A DNA stretch of 63,106 nucleotides, counting the filler, from Octopus bimaculoides (Eukaryota): NCBI RefSeq assembly GCF_001194135.2. It is 5 parts of 4 records of this genome, joined end to end, with 100 filler letters (N's around TTAATTAATTAA, not from the genome) between each part and the next. Parts side by side here need not be neighbours in the genome. Positions count along the whole stretch, not along the records: positions 1 to 23,122 come from NC_068984.1; positions 23,223 to 30,523 come from NC_068989.1; 3 more parts are not named here. One strand, written 5' to 3'. The position numbers were made by a program, and so were the translations under genes. Positions 12,763 to 25,904 of this stretch are shown in pieces. The notes under the pieces are model-generated. The model did no database searches and was not told the origin of the DNA. It saw only the letters and a list, made by a program, of their open reading frames with translations. Within the stretch, counting starts at the first letter, position 1. Every line of letters starts with the position of its first letter.

Positions 12763-12922
12763 GACGGATTTCTTTCAGTTTCCGTCTATCAAATCTACTC
12801 ACAGGGCTTTGGTCGGCCCGAGGTTATCGTAGAAGACACTTTGCCGAGGTGCCAGGCAATGAGATTGAACCCGGAACCATATAGTTGGGAAGCAAGCTAC
12901 TTACCACACAACCACGCCTGCA
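12763..12922 (-). mobile_element. SINE family A, 5' half
   Basis: TTTCTTTCAGTTTCCGTC...GAAGACACTTTGCCGAGGTGCC...TTACCACACAACCACGCCTG. Confidence 0.85.
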
Positions 12923-13149
12923 CTTGTACTAATATTCTTGAGTTAATTAACACTATATTTACTATAAGAACTACAGAAAATATAACACTTCTACGTTGTC
13001 GCTCGTCTTGCAGGAAGTGGCAGCTAAACCTCCCTGCAATCTAGCTACTAAGACACCCTTCACAATATGAACCTAAAAAAAATTAGGTCAGTAATAACCG
13101 GAGGCTAAACAACAGCCCCATGAATGTGTGAGGCGCTATGGGAGAAAGG

Positions 13150-14900
<1,751 letters not shown>

Positions 14901-16141
14901 ACTAACAGAATGCATACATAGTATGTTGGCTCGAATTAGATTATTGAATGAAAAAAGTCTCATAGAAATATAAAAACAAAGGCAGCAGAAAAATAGTGCT
15001 GGCAATAGAAATCAATGGAGCTAAACGCTGACACTTAATATAAACACCGAACGATGTATTTATAAATAAAACAAACACTTTAAATGGTAGATAGATAGAT
15101 AGATGCGCGTGTCTATATGTGCGTGTGTGCGTGTGTGGTAATTTGCAAGTCAGAAACGTCCATATGAATGTAACGATGATTATTTTTTGTCGTATTTCCG
15201 AAGTTGTACCAGACAAGTAAAAGCGGTAAGTTATCACAACGTTAGCACGTTATACAAAAATGCCTAGCTATATTTCTTCAAGCTTTACGTTCTGAGTTCA
15301 AATTCCGCCGATGTCGTCTTTGCCTTTCATTCCTTGGAGTCGGTATCATCGACAACCTCCTCCTCCTTCTAAATTTCAGGTCGTATGTCGACAGAAAAAA
15401 ATATCAGGCGAGTAGTTTGACATGTCTGACTTGCAATTTCACAAAACCTATTGGAAACAAAATACTCGATTCTTATCGGACAAAGCTTATCTTGTAGGTA
15501 ATTAAAAGGTTTGGGTAAGGTGGCGAGCCGGAAACAATTGTTAGCGCGCTGGACAAACTGCTTCGCAGCATTTCGTCCGTCTTTACGTTTTGAGTTCAAA
15601 TTCCGCTGAGGTAGACTTTACCTTTCATCCTTTTGGGATCGACCAAAAAAGTACCATTTGAGTACTAGGGTTGATATATTCGGCTATCCCTCTCCTCCGA
15701 AATTTCAGGCCTTATGCCGAAATTTTAAACCACTTAAAAAGCTCAGGTCGAGAACGGAGCAGAGTAAAGATAATGATGGAGGAATTAATTAATTTAATGT
15801 TATCCGTGAGAATGTGGGAGGTACGGATCCTAAAGTCCAATCTTCGATGACTTAATTAAGATTCAACCGTTAGTGACGTTAATAATTGTTTCTAATGTAG
15901 GCACAAGGCCAAAAATTTGGATGGAATTGGTTAGTCGATTAGAATGGTCCTAGTACTTGAATGATACTTTATTTTATTCACCCGAAAGGATGACAGGCAA
16001 AGTTGACTTTAGCGGGATTTGAACTCAGAACGTAGCAAGCCGGAATAAATACCATAAGACATTTCGTTTGACGCTTTAACGCTTCAGCCTGTCGATCCAC
16101 CACCCTAACAATGTTGATGATGAAATTGAAAAATGTGACTC

Positions 16142-16181
16142 GTCACGTGACTGATTTGGAAAACGGGATTCGCCACGTGAC
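16142..16181. promoter_or_regulatory. Paired E-boxes (GTCACGTGAC and GCCACGTGAC), 30 bp apart
   Basis: Sequence seen directly; function is inferred only. Confidence 0.25.
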
Positions 16182-17119
16182 AGATTTGTTTGGACGAAAA
16201 AAAATATGGTAGATTAGAACTACTTCATTATATGAGAGGTATCGGTTTTAATGATTTTTATCATCATTAGCATCTCTTGGTGTCGAAAATTTGATTCTAT
16301 TGGTTACATCTGCGTGTTCTAAAATGGTTATTGTTCAGTTTTTGACCCAAAAGAAAGCTGAAGCACTGGAGTCGATGGTTTCGACTAACTTCCACCTGTT
16401 AAAATCGGTGGCTTAGATCTTAGATCAGAAGCACTTATTATAAGATGGTATATCGGTTGAATCAGTGGAGTAACAGACAAAATATATTTTGCGATTGAAT
16501 GACATCTCTTTACACCCTGAGTTCAAATCGCACCCAGGTCGACTTTAACCCATTGTCCTTCCATGGTCGATAAAATAGTACCAGTGAAGTTGTGGAAGTG
16601 AACAAAATCAACTACACCTGCCTTTTATCAAGTTGTGACATTGTACTAAAGAGTGAAATCAAGGCGTTGAGCTGGCAGGATGATTAGCGTATCGGACAAA
16701 ATACTTAACAGTATTTCTTCCGGCTCTCAATATTCTGAGTTCAAATCCCACCGAGGTCAACTTTGCCTGTCATCCTTTCGATGTAGACGGAGTAAAGTAC
16801 CAACTGAACACTGGAGTCGATGCATTCGATTAGCCCTGGCACCCAAAATTTTAGGCCTTATGTCTGTAGGAGAAAGGAATATTCTTTAACACTCTAGGCA
16901 CAAGGCTCAAAATTTTGGGGGAGGGGGGAAAGTCGATTAGACTGACCCCAACAAGCAACTGGTACTTAATTTATCGACCCCGAAAGGATGAAAGACAAAG
17001 TCGACCTCGGCGGAATTTGAACTCAGAATGTAAAAACAGACGAAATACCGCTAAGCACTTCGCTCGGTATGCTAACGTTTCTGCCAGCACGCCGCCTTGA
17101 AAGGAATATTATATATAAA

Positions 17120-17861
17120 CTAGCAGCTAAGCCCGGTTTCACCCGGTGGGTTTGGATGATGTGGCTGTAAAACCTGCTCTGTGTAAGCATTCGACTTGTT
17201 TGGGCACGCTTACGTTAAAAAAAAACAATTTTAAAATGGCTTTTTTCTGTCAAAAAGCTAAAAATAACTGACCAAATAAAAAAACCAACCAAGATTCAAC
17301 GAAATCAAAGAATAAGCCCAAATACTAAGCGAACAAAGATGAACCATCCCACTTCCATTGCACGTGCACACACACGAACACACACACACACATGCGCACA
17401 TTCACATACCCCCTTTTACATACACACACATATATTTACACAGAGTTGAAACGCTGTTTGGTTTATTTTTTCAGTGTAGAATTTTCATCATCCTACTACC
17501 AAGTATGACATCACCTCTTCCTTCCTTATTCATTTATCACCCCTTCCTTTCTCATTCATAAACACAAGAGTATTATTATAGTAGATTATCTCAGCAACCA
17601 TGGGAGCTATGAAAATAATATGACATCACCCCTTCCTTCCTTATTCATCTAGCACCCCTTCCTTTCTCATTCATAAACACAAGAGTGTTATTATAGTAGA
17701 TTATCTCGGCAACCATGGGAGCTATGAAAAAATACAACGCCCAGCATCACCACCGAATCATTCTACACATTTGTGTAATTTTTCGCGCAATTCCACCCAG
17801 TCGTTTGACCGTGAATCCCAAGACAAGAAAGAATCGCCCATGTCAAATTTATATGTATAGA
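17120..17861 (-). mobile_element. Non-autonomous Helitron
   Basis: On minus: 5' A|TCTATACATATAAA, 3' hairpin CCGGGTGAAACCGG followed by CTAG|T. Contains an internal 115-bp tandem duplication (17505-17734). Confidence 0.8.
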
Positions 17862-18390
17862 TGATCGAGTTGAACAAAAGGCTTAGCGGCATTTCTTCCA
17901 TCTCTCTACGTTCTTAGTTCGAATCCCGCCGCGGCTAACTTTACCTTTTATCCCTTCAGAGTCGATAGATTAAAGCCCCTACCCCAAACTTCAGGTTTTG
18001 TGCCTGTATTAGAAAAAATATTCATCATATAAGTACCGGCAACGCATTATACGTCCCCAACAATTTTCAAGCTTTTGGCAAATGCAAGTAATCAGTAGAA
18101 GAACTAACAATGCACTGGAAGTCGACCGAATTAACTCTACGCTCCCCTATATTTTATGGGGCTTTTGGTCAAAGTAAGAAATCTCGATGATATAAGTAGC
18201 AATAACCCGTTGGGTTTAGATCAACCAAACGATCTCTATTCAATGAATCGTGTGACTCGTGCCAAAGAAGAGAGAATTTATTACATAACCACCAGTAATA
18301 TACTGGCGTCCAGTACGGGAATCGACTATACTTCAACTTTAAAATTTTGTTCCCTTTCACCAAAATAAGAAATACTTATACTTTGTATCG

Positions 18391-18556
18391 GTGCACGCGT
18401 GGCTGAGTAGTAAGAAGTTTGTTTCTCAACCGCCTGCTCCCGGGTTCAATCCCGCTGCGTGGAATCTTAAGCAAGTGTCAGCAACTGTAGCCCAAGGCCG
18501 ACCAAAAACTTGTGAGTGAATTTGGTAGACGAAAGCTGAAAAAAGGCTCGTCGTAT

Positions 18557-18589
<33 letters not shown>

Positions 18590-18820
18590 CAGATAGACAG
18601 ATAGATAGATATGTGCGCGTGCGTGTTTGTGTGTGTGTGTCCACCACCGCTTGACAACCGGAGTTGGTTTGTTTATCTTCCCATAATTTATTGGTTCAGC
18701 AAAGGAATCCAATAGAATAAGTATCAGGTTTGAAACAAAAAATAAGTACTAAATCCCTCACGGTGGTGCTGCAACATGACCGCGATCCCATGACTGAAAC
18801 AAGCAATCGATAAAAATAAA
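18391..18820 (+). mobile_element. SINE family A, full length with internal (GATA)n/(GT)n
   Basis: tRNA-like head, microsatellite, and 3' module ending GACTGAAACAAG. Confidence 0.85.
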
Positions 18821-19175
18821 ACATATTATAAGGATCATTAATACATTGGTGGTCGATCGATCTATCGACAATACATTTTGTGGCCCTGGGTTCAATCGTT
18901 ATTTTATTAATCACTTTGCTCTAAGACTCAAACGATTACTTGACCTTTCAATCGTTAGATTAAACTGCATTACGTTCTTGAATGTAAATTCCATCTACCA
19001 TATAATTATACGATTTTAGAGACCCTAATTTCTTGTAAATATCAAACCGTCAGCTAATCAATCCTTGCCTTAGGTTTACTTGCCAGTCCTCTGTAAACCA
19101 TTCTCCCTCACTCCTTCTTTCCCCATTCACTCTCACACATGCTCCCCCACTTTCCTCTCCCCACCCACCACTCTC

Positions 19176-19225
<50 letters not shown>

Positions 19226-19240
19226 TCTCTCTAATATACA

Positions 19241-20182
19241 CTAGTAAATATACCCGACGTTGTCCGGGTTAACGAGAATAGTGAAATTTAAAAACGCCGT
19301 CTAGATTACGCAGGTCTCAACTGCGATACCAACTTTCTACATTGATAACTCTCCAACCCATGACAGCATGGAACATAAACGTTAAGTGAAATGTTAAAAG
19401 AAAGTTTTCAACTCATATATGAATATAAAGTAAATACACGTAATTCGAAAACACGTTTTGTCTAACTTATTTCGTAACCAAAAAAAAAACAGGTACAGAT
19501 CATAAACAATGAAAGGCCGATTTTGGTGATTCATTTGACAGAGATAGTAGAGAGCCAATCCGATAATAAATCTGACCTTGGATTTTGAAAGTTTACATGA
19601 ATCCTGGCTCAGTTAAATCTCTCGTGGTTCTAAATGATGTCATCTATAGTGTAGCGTTGTATTGTCTAATTTTGTTTTGGAAGTGCTTGGAATCTTGATC
19701 AGTTGATGACAACAGTTTCTTCAATGACTCTGAAGATTGGGCAATTGCAGGGAGTTTAACCTTTCCACCACTGCATCACAGTGCAGGTGTTTCTCCAGGC
19801 CACTTCCTTGCTTTACAATGTATGCACTCAGTTGTCATTGCACCAATGGAAACTCTAGTGTCATCTGCATAATGGACTGCTGGATCACAATTGAAAGCTG
19901 CTTCATAGAAGTTGCTTCTCTGGGCTGTTGCAACTACTCTTCGTTCTGCAGTGGAGATCCTATTCCTTGTCAGCCGTACATATCCCTGTTCATCACTTTG
20001 AGATGTTCTAGTTTTTGTAGTGCACAATCTGCTTGTGTCTTGATATGCTTCCCTTTCTGCAGCTGTTTCTCTTTCCCTAGACATAGACATTCTTTTGACT
20101 GACCTTGACATTGTAGACAAATTTGAGACTTTCCTTCTAGGCATGGTTATACACGTATACAGAAATACATGGGTGTGGAAGA
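19241..20182 (-). mobile_element. Internally deleted Helitron retaining the Rep/helicase N-terminal coding region (pseudogene)
   Basis: Minus peptides AAFNCDPAVHY..IGAMTTECIHCKARKWPGETP, CSGGKVKLP, IRQYN, TFKIQGQIYYRIGSLL. 3' hairpin CCCGGACAACGTCGGG + CTAG|T at 19241; putative 5' A|TC at 20182. Confidence 0.85.
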
Positions 20183-20309
20183 TATATATATATAACAAGA
20201 AGTAAATTATAAATTACGTTTCTTTCGACTGAAAAAAGATGAATATATATAGGACTGCAGGAAAGAAGTACTCAAATGATATTGAGCCAGAAACACATAT
20301 CAATAATAT

Positions 20310-20360
20310 AATGTAAAAGTCAATATAGTCGCAGTCCACAACTATATTGACTTTTACATT
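20310..20360. repeat. Perfect 20-bp-stem hairpin
   Basis: AATGTAAAAGTCAATATAGT - CGCAGTCCACA - ACTATATTGACTTTTACATT. Confidence 0.9.
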
Positions 20361-20699
20361 TCATATATAGTTTTCATACTTGGGTAAAATTTTATTTTAT
20401 ATACTTTTCTCTTTAAATTTTTCGTCAGTTAACTTACTGTAATAATCATTTTCAGATAATTTTTAGTCGATTTTTATATACGTTTTCTGGGAAGGTCCTG
20501 TGTATTTTATAATTTTTGTATATGATTTTTATCTGGTGTTTGTTTATTTGACATTTGAAAGTAATGTTATCATTTATATCTAATGAAGTGTAGAAGCGTA
20601 GATATATAAAGTTCGTTAACCTGAATTCAAGGTTTGTTCGTAAATTATATATATATATGCTGCTTGTCACGACTACCTAGTCTGTAGAATGCAGTCGAG

Positions 20700-20990
20700 A
20701 CGTGAAGGCAATATGGAACATCGCTATGCAATAAAGTTTTGTGTTATATTGAGAAAATATGCTACAGAAATTTATGAAATGTTCTAGACTGTTTATGAGC
20801 CGAGCATTTGTTTTTCGCAGGGACACGAGGCCAGGCAAAGCAAATCCACCAGGAAGCTCATGAGGATCCCCTTCTTTGACAGCAAGGGCAACATCTACAC
20901 CCATTGGATTCCCTTTGGCCAGACGGTCAAGAAAGTACATTGTGGAGGTTTTGAGAGAGTTTAAACAGGGATTTCGTTATAGTACACTTC
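20700..20990 (+). mobile_element. Mariner transposase relic (deleted)
   Basis: MEHRYAIKFCVILRKYATEIYEMF* at 20713 resembles the mariner HTH N-terminus; downstream fragment resembles the C-terminal Y.EVL..L motif. Confidence 0.65.
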
Positions 20991-21289
20991 TCATTAGAAA
21001 ATAAAATCTCATTATATTCTTGGAACGTTTCAAGTAAACTCTTTGGATTATTACCTTCATTTTCTCTCTCCATTCCGAAAAATACTGGTGCAGCTCAGAA
21101 TCAAAATAATCTAGGAAAATCAATTTCTTTTTAAGACTGGATTTTAAACTTGATAAAACAGTCTCATTTCCATAGCAACTCTTTCAAGTCAGTTCTTTTG
21201 GTGATCGAGAAAACGAGGTCGTAGGAGATCTATAATAACACTCAACATTCACTGCAGGAACATTATTTCTACTATCCTATCTCTCATAT

Positions 21290-22330
21290 GTCCTTAGCTT
21301 GGAATTAAATTGAAGCATTTTGATGCTTGAACATAAATTTCTGTGTTACACCCTTTGGTATTTTTTCGGATTTTATCCAACGCTTGAACAATAATAAGGA
21401 TTAAGGTGAATTTAAAATCTGTACTTGGTTTTAAAAGAAGCACTAACTACACCAAGCTTTCAAATACAGAAACAAACGCGAGAAATAAATCAAGGAATAG
21501 TTTGAAAGAATTAAGGTGTTTCGGCCATTGTTCTGCACAGTCGCTTACGATTTTTCTTTTGTTTCCCTTTGTGTTTCGAATTAGTTTCTCGACAAGCTTT
21601 TCAAATGAATGTTGCTTTGCAGGAAACAAGATTAAAAAAAAAAAGATGAATGACCTCATCAGCCTCATACATCCTGTTTCTCATTGAAGGAATCGTACAC
21701 GCTTGAGCGACACAACGATTTAGTTGATAAGCTGCTCATCAAAATGGAAACTTGCAGCATACGTGTTTCCACTCATTTGACGATTGTAACATTGCCCCCT
21801 CATTTTGATGGATCAAATTGCATGTAGTGAAAGTATAGGCATAACAGCAAGTCTTTCGAATACTTTCCGGTTATGTATTCACTCACATGTTAAAAAAAAA
21901 AAGATATGACACAGTCTTGGAGTACATAAAGCACATCCACATACCGTGAAGTAACAGAAAATTACTTCTTATTAGCATAGGGAACAACCCTGACTTCGTC
22001 TGCAGAATAAGCAACACAAACTTCCTGACACATTCATTTGAACACTTATTCGTTTTTTAAAAGTAGCTTACAAGATTATTAATGATTTCGTTTTGAATAG
22101 TTTGGGATTTGTACGTAGCATATTGGGAGCATTATCAAAATAGTCTTTCAATTCTGTATCACCACCATTAATGTGGTACTGAAGAAAAGCTCTAAAAGTT
22201 ACTGGCGTTGCTATCTTTATCACCATGCTTTTCATCTTACCTCTGATTAATATACCATTTTGCCTTCTGCATAAATTAATTATCTCCAAATGGTTTACAA
22301 CACAAGCATATTTTCTCCTTTCGTAAATAA
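21290..22330 (-). pseudogene. hAT-family transposase fragment (ZMYM1/DUF4371-like)
   Basis: Minus peptides TFRAFLQYHINGGDTELKDYFDNAPN, IQNEII, MRGQCYNRQMSG, HQLNRCVAQAC..MRN, broken by many frameshifts. Confidence 0.75.
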
Positions 22331-22394
22331 AATCTCCTGCGTAAATAAAATCAGATCTATTTTAATCAACGTGTCTCCCAAACTAATACTCTTT

Positions 22395-22790
22395 TCTGCT
22401 CTAGGCACAAGGCCCGAAATTTGAGGTGAGGATACAACTGGTACTTAATTTATCAACCCCGAAAGGATGAAAGGCAAAATCGACCTCGGCGGAATTTGAA
22501 CTCAGAACATAAAGACAGACGAAATACTGCTAAGCATTTCACCCGACGTGCAAACGTTTCTTATTTCTTTACTGCCCACAAGGGGCTACACACAGAGGGG
22601 ACAAACAAGGGCAGACAAACGGATTAAGTCGATTATATCGAACCCCAGTGATTAACTGGTACTTATTTAATTGACCCCGAATGGATGAAAGGCTAAGTCG
22701 ACCTCGGCGGAATTTGAACTCGGAACGTAGTAGCAGACGAATGCTAAGCATTTCGCCCGCCGTGCAAACGTTTCTGCTGGCTCGCCGTCT
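22395..22790 (-). mobile_element. Two tandem SINE family B copies with different 3' tails
   Basis: 22395-22560 has the CTAGGCACAAGGCCCGAAATT tail; 22561-22790 has the CCCACAAGGGGCTACACACAGAGGGGACAAAC tail. Confidence 0.85.
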
Positions 22791-22829
22791 TATCTCCCAA
22801 ACTAATAGTAAAGCAATTATAATTACATG

Positions 22830-23025
22830 GAAAACTGCAGCCGCTGCCGCCACGACCCCCGCTGCTGCCGCTGCCTCCACTGCCGCCGCTGCCGCCACGG
22901 CCATCGCTGCAGCTGCTACTGCCGATGCTGCTGCTACCGCCGCTGTCACCGCCTCTATCGCCGCCACTACCGCCGCCGCCGTCGCCGCAGCCACGGCAGC
23001 TGTCTATATCACACCTTTTACTGTA
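22830..23025. repeat. Cryptic (GCC/GCT)n trinucleotide repeat
   Basis: GC-rich degenerate triplet run giving poly-Ala ORFs on both strands. Confidence 0.85.
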
Positions 23026-23122
23026 AAAGAATATCATCGTCTCTATCGACCCATCATTAACCATCAACGTTATCTCTATCACCAGAAGAGCTATCATGAA
23101 ACGATAAAAGCCTTCAACTCCA

Positions 23123-23222
23123 NNNNNNNNNNNNNNNNNNNNNNNNNNNNNNNNNNNNNNNNNNNNTTAATTAATTAANNNNNNNNNNNNNNNNNNNNNN
23201 NNNNNNNNNNNNNNNNNNNNNN
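23123..23222. other. Artificial assembly linker (44N-TTAATTAATTAA-44N)
   Basis: Exactly 100 nt, has stops in all six frames, repeated identically four times. Confidence 0.95.
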
Positions 23223-23276
<54 letters not shown>

Positions 23277-23442
23277 CTTGTCTGTATATAACTGGCTGCT
23301 TTCAGTTTCCGTCTAACAAATCCACTGTCAAGTCTTTAGTCAGCTCAAGGTTATAGTAGAGACACACTTGCCCAAGATGCCATGTAGCAGGATAGAGATT
23401 TCCTTCTCATGATTTTTCAACAATAAATGATTTAACATTTAA

Positions 23443-23870
23443 GCAGGTGTACCTACATGATAAGAAATTTGCTTTCCACCCACATTGCTCCAGGTTCAGT
23501 CCCACTGCATGGCACCTTGGGCAAGTATCTTCTTCTATAGCCCTGGGCTGACCATAGCCTTGCGAGTGATTTGGTAGATGGAAATTGAAAGAAGCCCATA
23601 GTGTGTGTATATATATATATAAATATACACACACACACACACACAAACACACATGCATGTGTGTGTGTGTGTATGTGTCTGCATACATGTCTCCGCCCCC
23701 ACTGCTGCTTGACAACTGGTGTTGTGTTTATGTATCTGTAACTTAGCAGTTTGGCAATAAAGTATGATAGAATAAGTACCAGGCATATAAAAAAGAAATA
23801 ACTCCTGGGATTGATTCATTTGATTAAAAATTCTTCAAGGCAATGTCCCAGTACTGAAACAAGTAAAAGA
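23443..23870 (+). mobile_element. SINE family A, full length, CpG-decayed
   Basis: Family A head and tail with CG>TG/CA substitutions (e.g. ACAACTGGTG, GTAGATGGAAA). Confidence 0.85.
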
Positions 23871-24399
23871 AAGAAGATATAGAAATGTGAACTCCTCTAG
23901 TAACAAGGAATAGTGACAAAGCTGCAATTTAACTTTCCAAGTAGCAATTAAATCAGTAGCATTGTTCTTTCAGTTTAAAAATAATGAGAAATTAATGGCG
24001 TATAGCTCTTGTGAGATCTCCCTTCCCCAACTAAAAAGGACTCAAGATTATCCCCACTACAGAGAAAGAATTTTGATACTATGCTCATTCGGAACTCAGA
24101 ATACCTAGGATAGCCAGAAACTTGCACTTAAAGCTTGACCAACCAACAGTCCTTTCATTAATGTCAGCATACACCATTGTGTATGAGCAGAAATAGACAT
24201 GCACATGATAACACATGCTATGAGAAAAACAAAAACAACCTTTCAAATTTAATGACATTACCAATACGCTGCCAAGCTTTTCCCTTTTATCCTTTCCCTT
24301 CATTTCTCCACCAAACCCAACTTTTTGTCCTTTACTTTTTCTGACCTAAATCAATAAAGAGTATTTTCAATCATGCATTTTTCTTATTAGAATAAGTTT

Positions 24400-24448
<49 letters not shown>

Positions 24449-24927
24449 NNNNNNNNNNNNNNNNNNNNNNNNNNNNNNNNNNNNNNNNNNNNNNNNNNNN
24501 NNNNNNNNNNNNNNNNNNNNNNNNNNNNNNNNNNNNNNNNNNNNNNNNNNNNNNNNNNNNNNNNNNNNNNNNNNNNNNNNNNNNNNNNNNNNNNNNNNNN
24601 NNNNNNNNNNNNNNNNNNNNNNNNNNNNNNNNNNNNNNNNNNNNNNNNNNNNNNNNNNNNNNNNNNNNNNNNNNNNNNNNNNNNNNNNNNNNNNNNNNNN
24701 NNNNNNNNNNNNNNNNNNNNNNNNNNNNNNNNNNNNNNNNNNNNNNNNNNNNNNNNNNNNNNNNNNNNNNNNNNNNNNNNNNNNNNNNNNNNNNNNNNNN
24801 NCTTTGATGATACCAAGCAAATTCCTGGTATCATGTGTTACTAAAGTGAATCCCCAAAAACAAAAACAAAAACTAAAAACAGATGAATAGTGATATACAG
24901 TTAAAAGAGAAAAAAAGTAATGAATAA

Positions 24928-25019
24928 ATGCAAAACGCTGAATGTGTGTGTGTGTGCAAATATATAAAGAATGGTGGTCAGAATTTTGGATCAAACTGGC
25001 TTTTGGGAGTGGCTGATAG
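24928..25019 (+). CDS. Candidate exon (...NGGQNFGSNWLLGVAD-R)
   Basis: Strong donor AG|GTATGT at 25020, phase 2, compatible with the next exon. The 5' boundary or ATG is uncertain. Confidence 0.3.
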
Positions 25020-25170
25020 GTATGTATGTGTGTGTATGTATGGGTATGTTTGTATGTATATGATTGCATGTGTTGCCATTTTGAATTCCTTCCTGCTGTT
25101 GAACTTAAATTGACCCCTGGCTATTAAAGACCCAACCACACACACACACACACACACATATTTGTTTTAG

Positions 25171-25213
25171 GTATTTTACCCATTTGAACTGCGGTTATAC
25201 ACCAGATAACGTG
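25171..25213 (+). CDS. Candidate 43-nt exon (R-YFTHLNCGYTPDNV)
   Basis: TTTGTTTTAG| acceptor and |GTAAGT donor. Only the phase-2 frame is open, matching the upstream donor. Confidence 0.4.
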
Positions 25214-25659
25214 GTAAGTCTTATGTTCTGAAATTTACATTTTGAATTTGTTTTAATTATAAAATTATACTCCATCTAAAAACATATCTTTTGACTTTGG
25301 AAAACAGAACCTTTTCTTTCTCTTTCTATATTTTTCGTTAAGTTAGAATTTCTCTGTTTTGGTCAGGATTTTCCAATTCCCTGTATCAAGCAATGGACAG
25401 AAACATTTTAAAAAAATTCAATTCATAGAGCCAAACAAAATATTAATCTTAATCGTAATGATGGAGAGGAGTAAACATTTTCCCTTTCCTTAATGCTAAC
25501 CAGAGCATAGTATGAGGGGGATTTGGCTGTTATTTCTAGCAAATTGAACTTATACAGAGTGCTTCATTGGCTCATTTGTTGATGTGTATAAGTAAACAAA
25601 ACAGACACTAGCAAACACACACTCACACACACACATGTATATATATATATATAACACAA

Positions 25660-25890
25660 CCTCACCATTTACTGACAGATATATATATATATCATTCGTT
25701 TCTCTTTATAATTTCTAATTAGAAAGAAATGAGAACACAGGCTCGAAATTTCCCCAAGACACCTGATGAAGGCTGGAGGGTATATCAGCCAAAACGTTGT
25801 GTTAACAACAAACAAGATGGGGACAAATATCCATTGAATGTAAATAATGTAAGTAATGTACATAATTCCTCATCTCTTAAATATAGAACT
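25660..25890 (+). mobile_element. Penelope-like element pseudo-LTR fragment
   Basis: Contains the PLE-type CCTGATGAAGG...CC(G>A)AAACGT hammerhead motif. Confidence 0.55.
25759..25802 (+). ncRNA. Minimal type-I hammerhead ribozyme motif, G12 mutated (probably inactive)
   Basis: ACAC-CTGATGA-A-GGCTG(GAGGGTATAT)CAGCC-aAAAC-GT-T-GTGT: stem I ACAC/GTGT, 5-bp stem II, palindromic ACGT stem III. Confidence 0.6.
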
Positions 25891-25904
25891 GTAACATAGC
25901 ATGG

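Larger units (their letters stand above)
15210..18150. mobile_element. Cluster of about 8 SINE family B copies in both orientations
   Basis: Copies at about 15210-15350(+), 15505-15735(+), 15890-16090(-), 16440-16650(+), 16665-16883(+), 16884-17098(-) and 17862-18020(+). The 16884-17098 copy is flanked by a 12-bp TSD GAAAGGAATATT (16872-16883, 17099-17110). Confidence 0.85.

Noticed and set aside
22569-23178. Poly-Ala / Gly-Ser ORFs
   Set aside because: Cryptic GCN triplet repeat fused to a SINE; no complex coding flanks or splice support.
24965-25000. GQNFGS resemblance to dynein light chain LC8 (GRNFGS)
   Set aside because: No similarity on either side of the hexamer.
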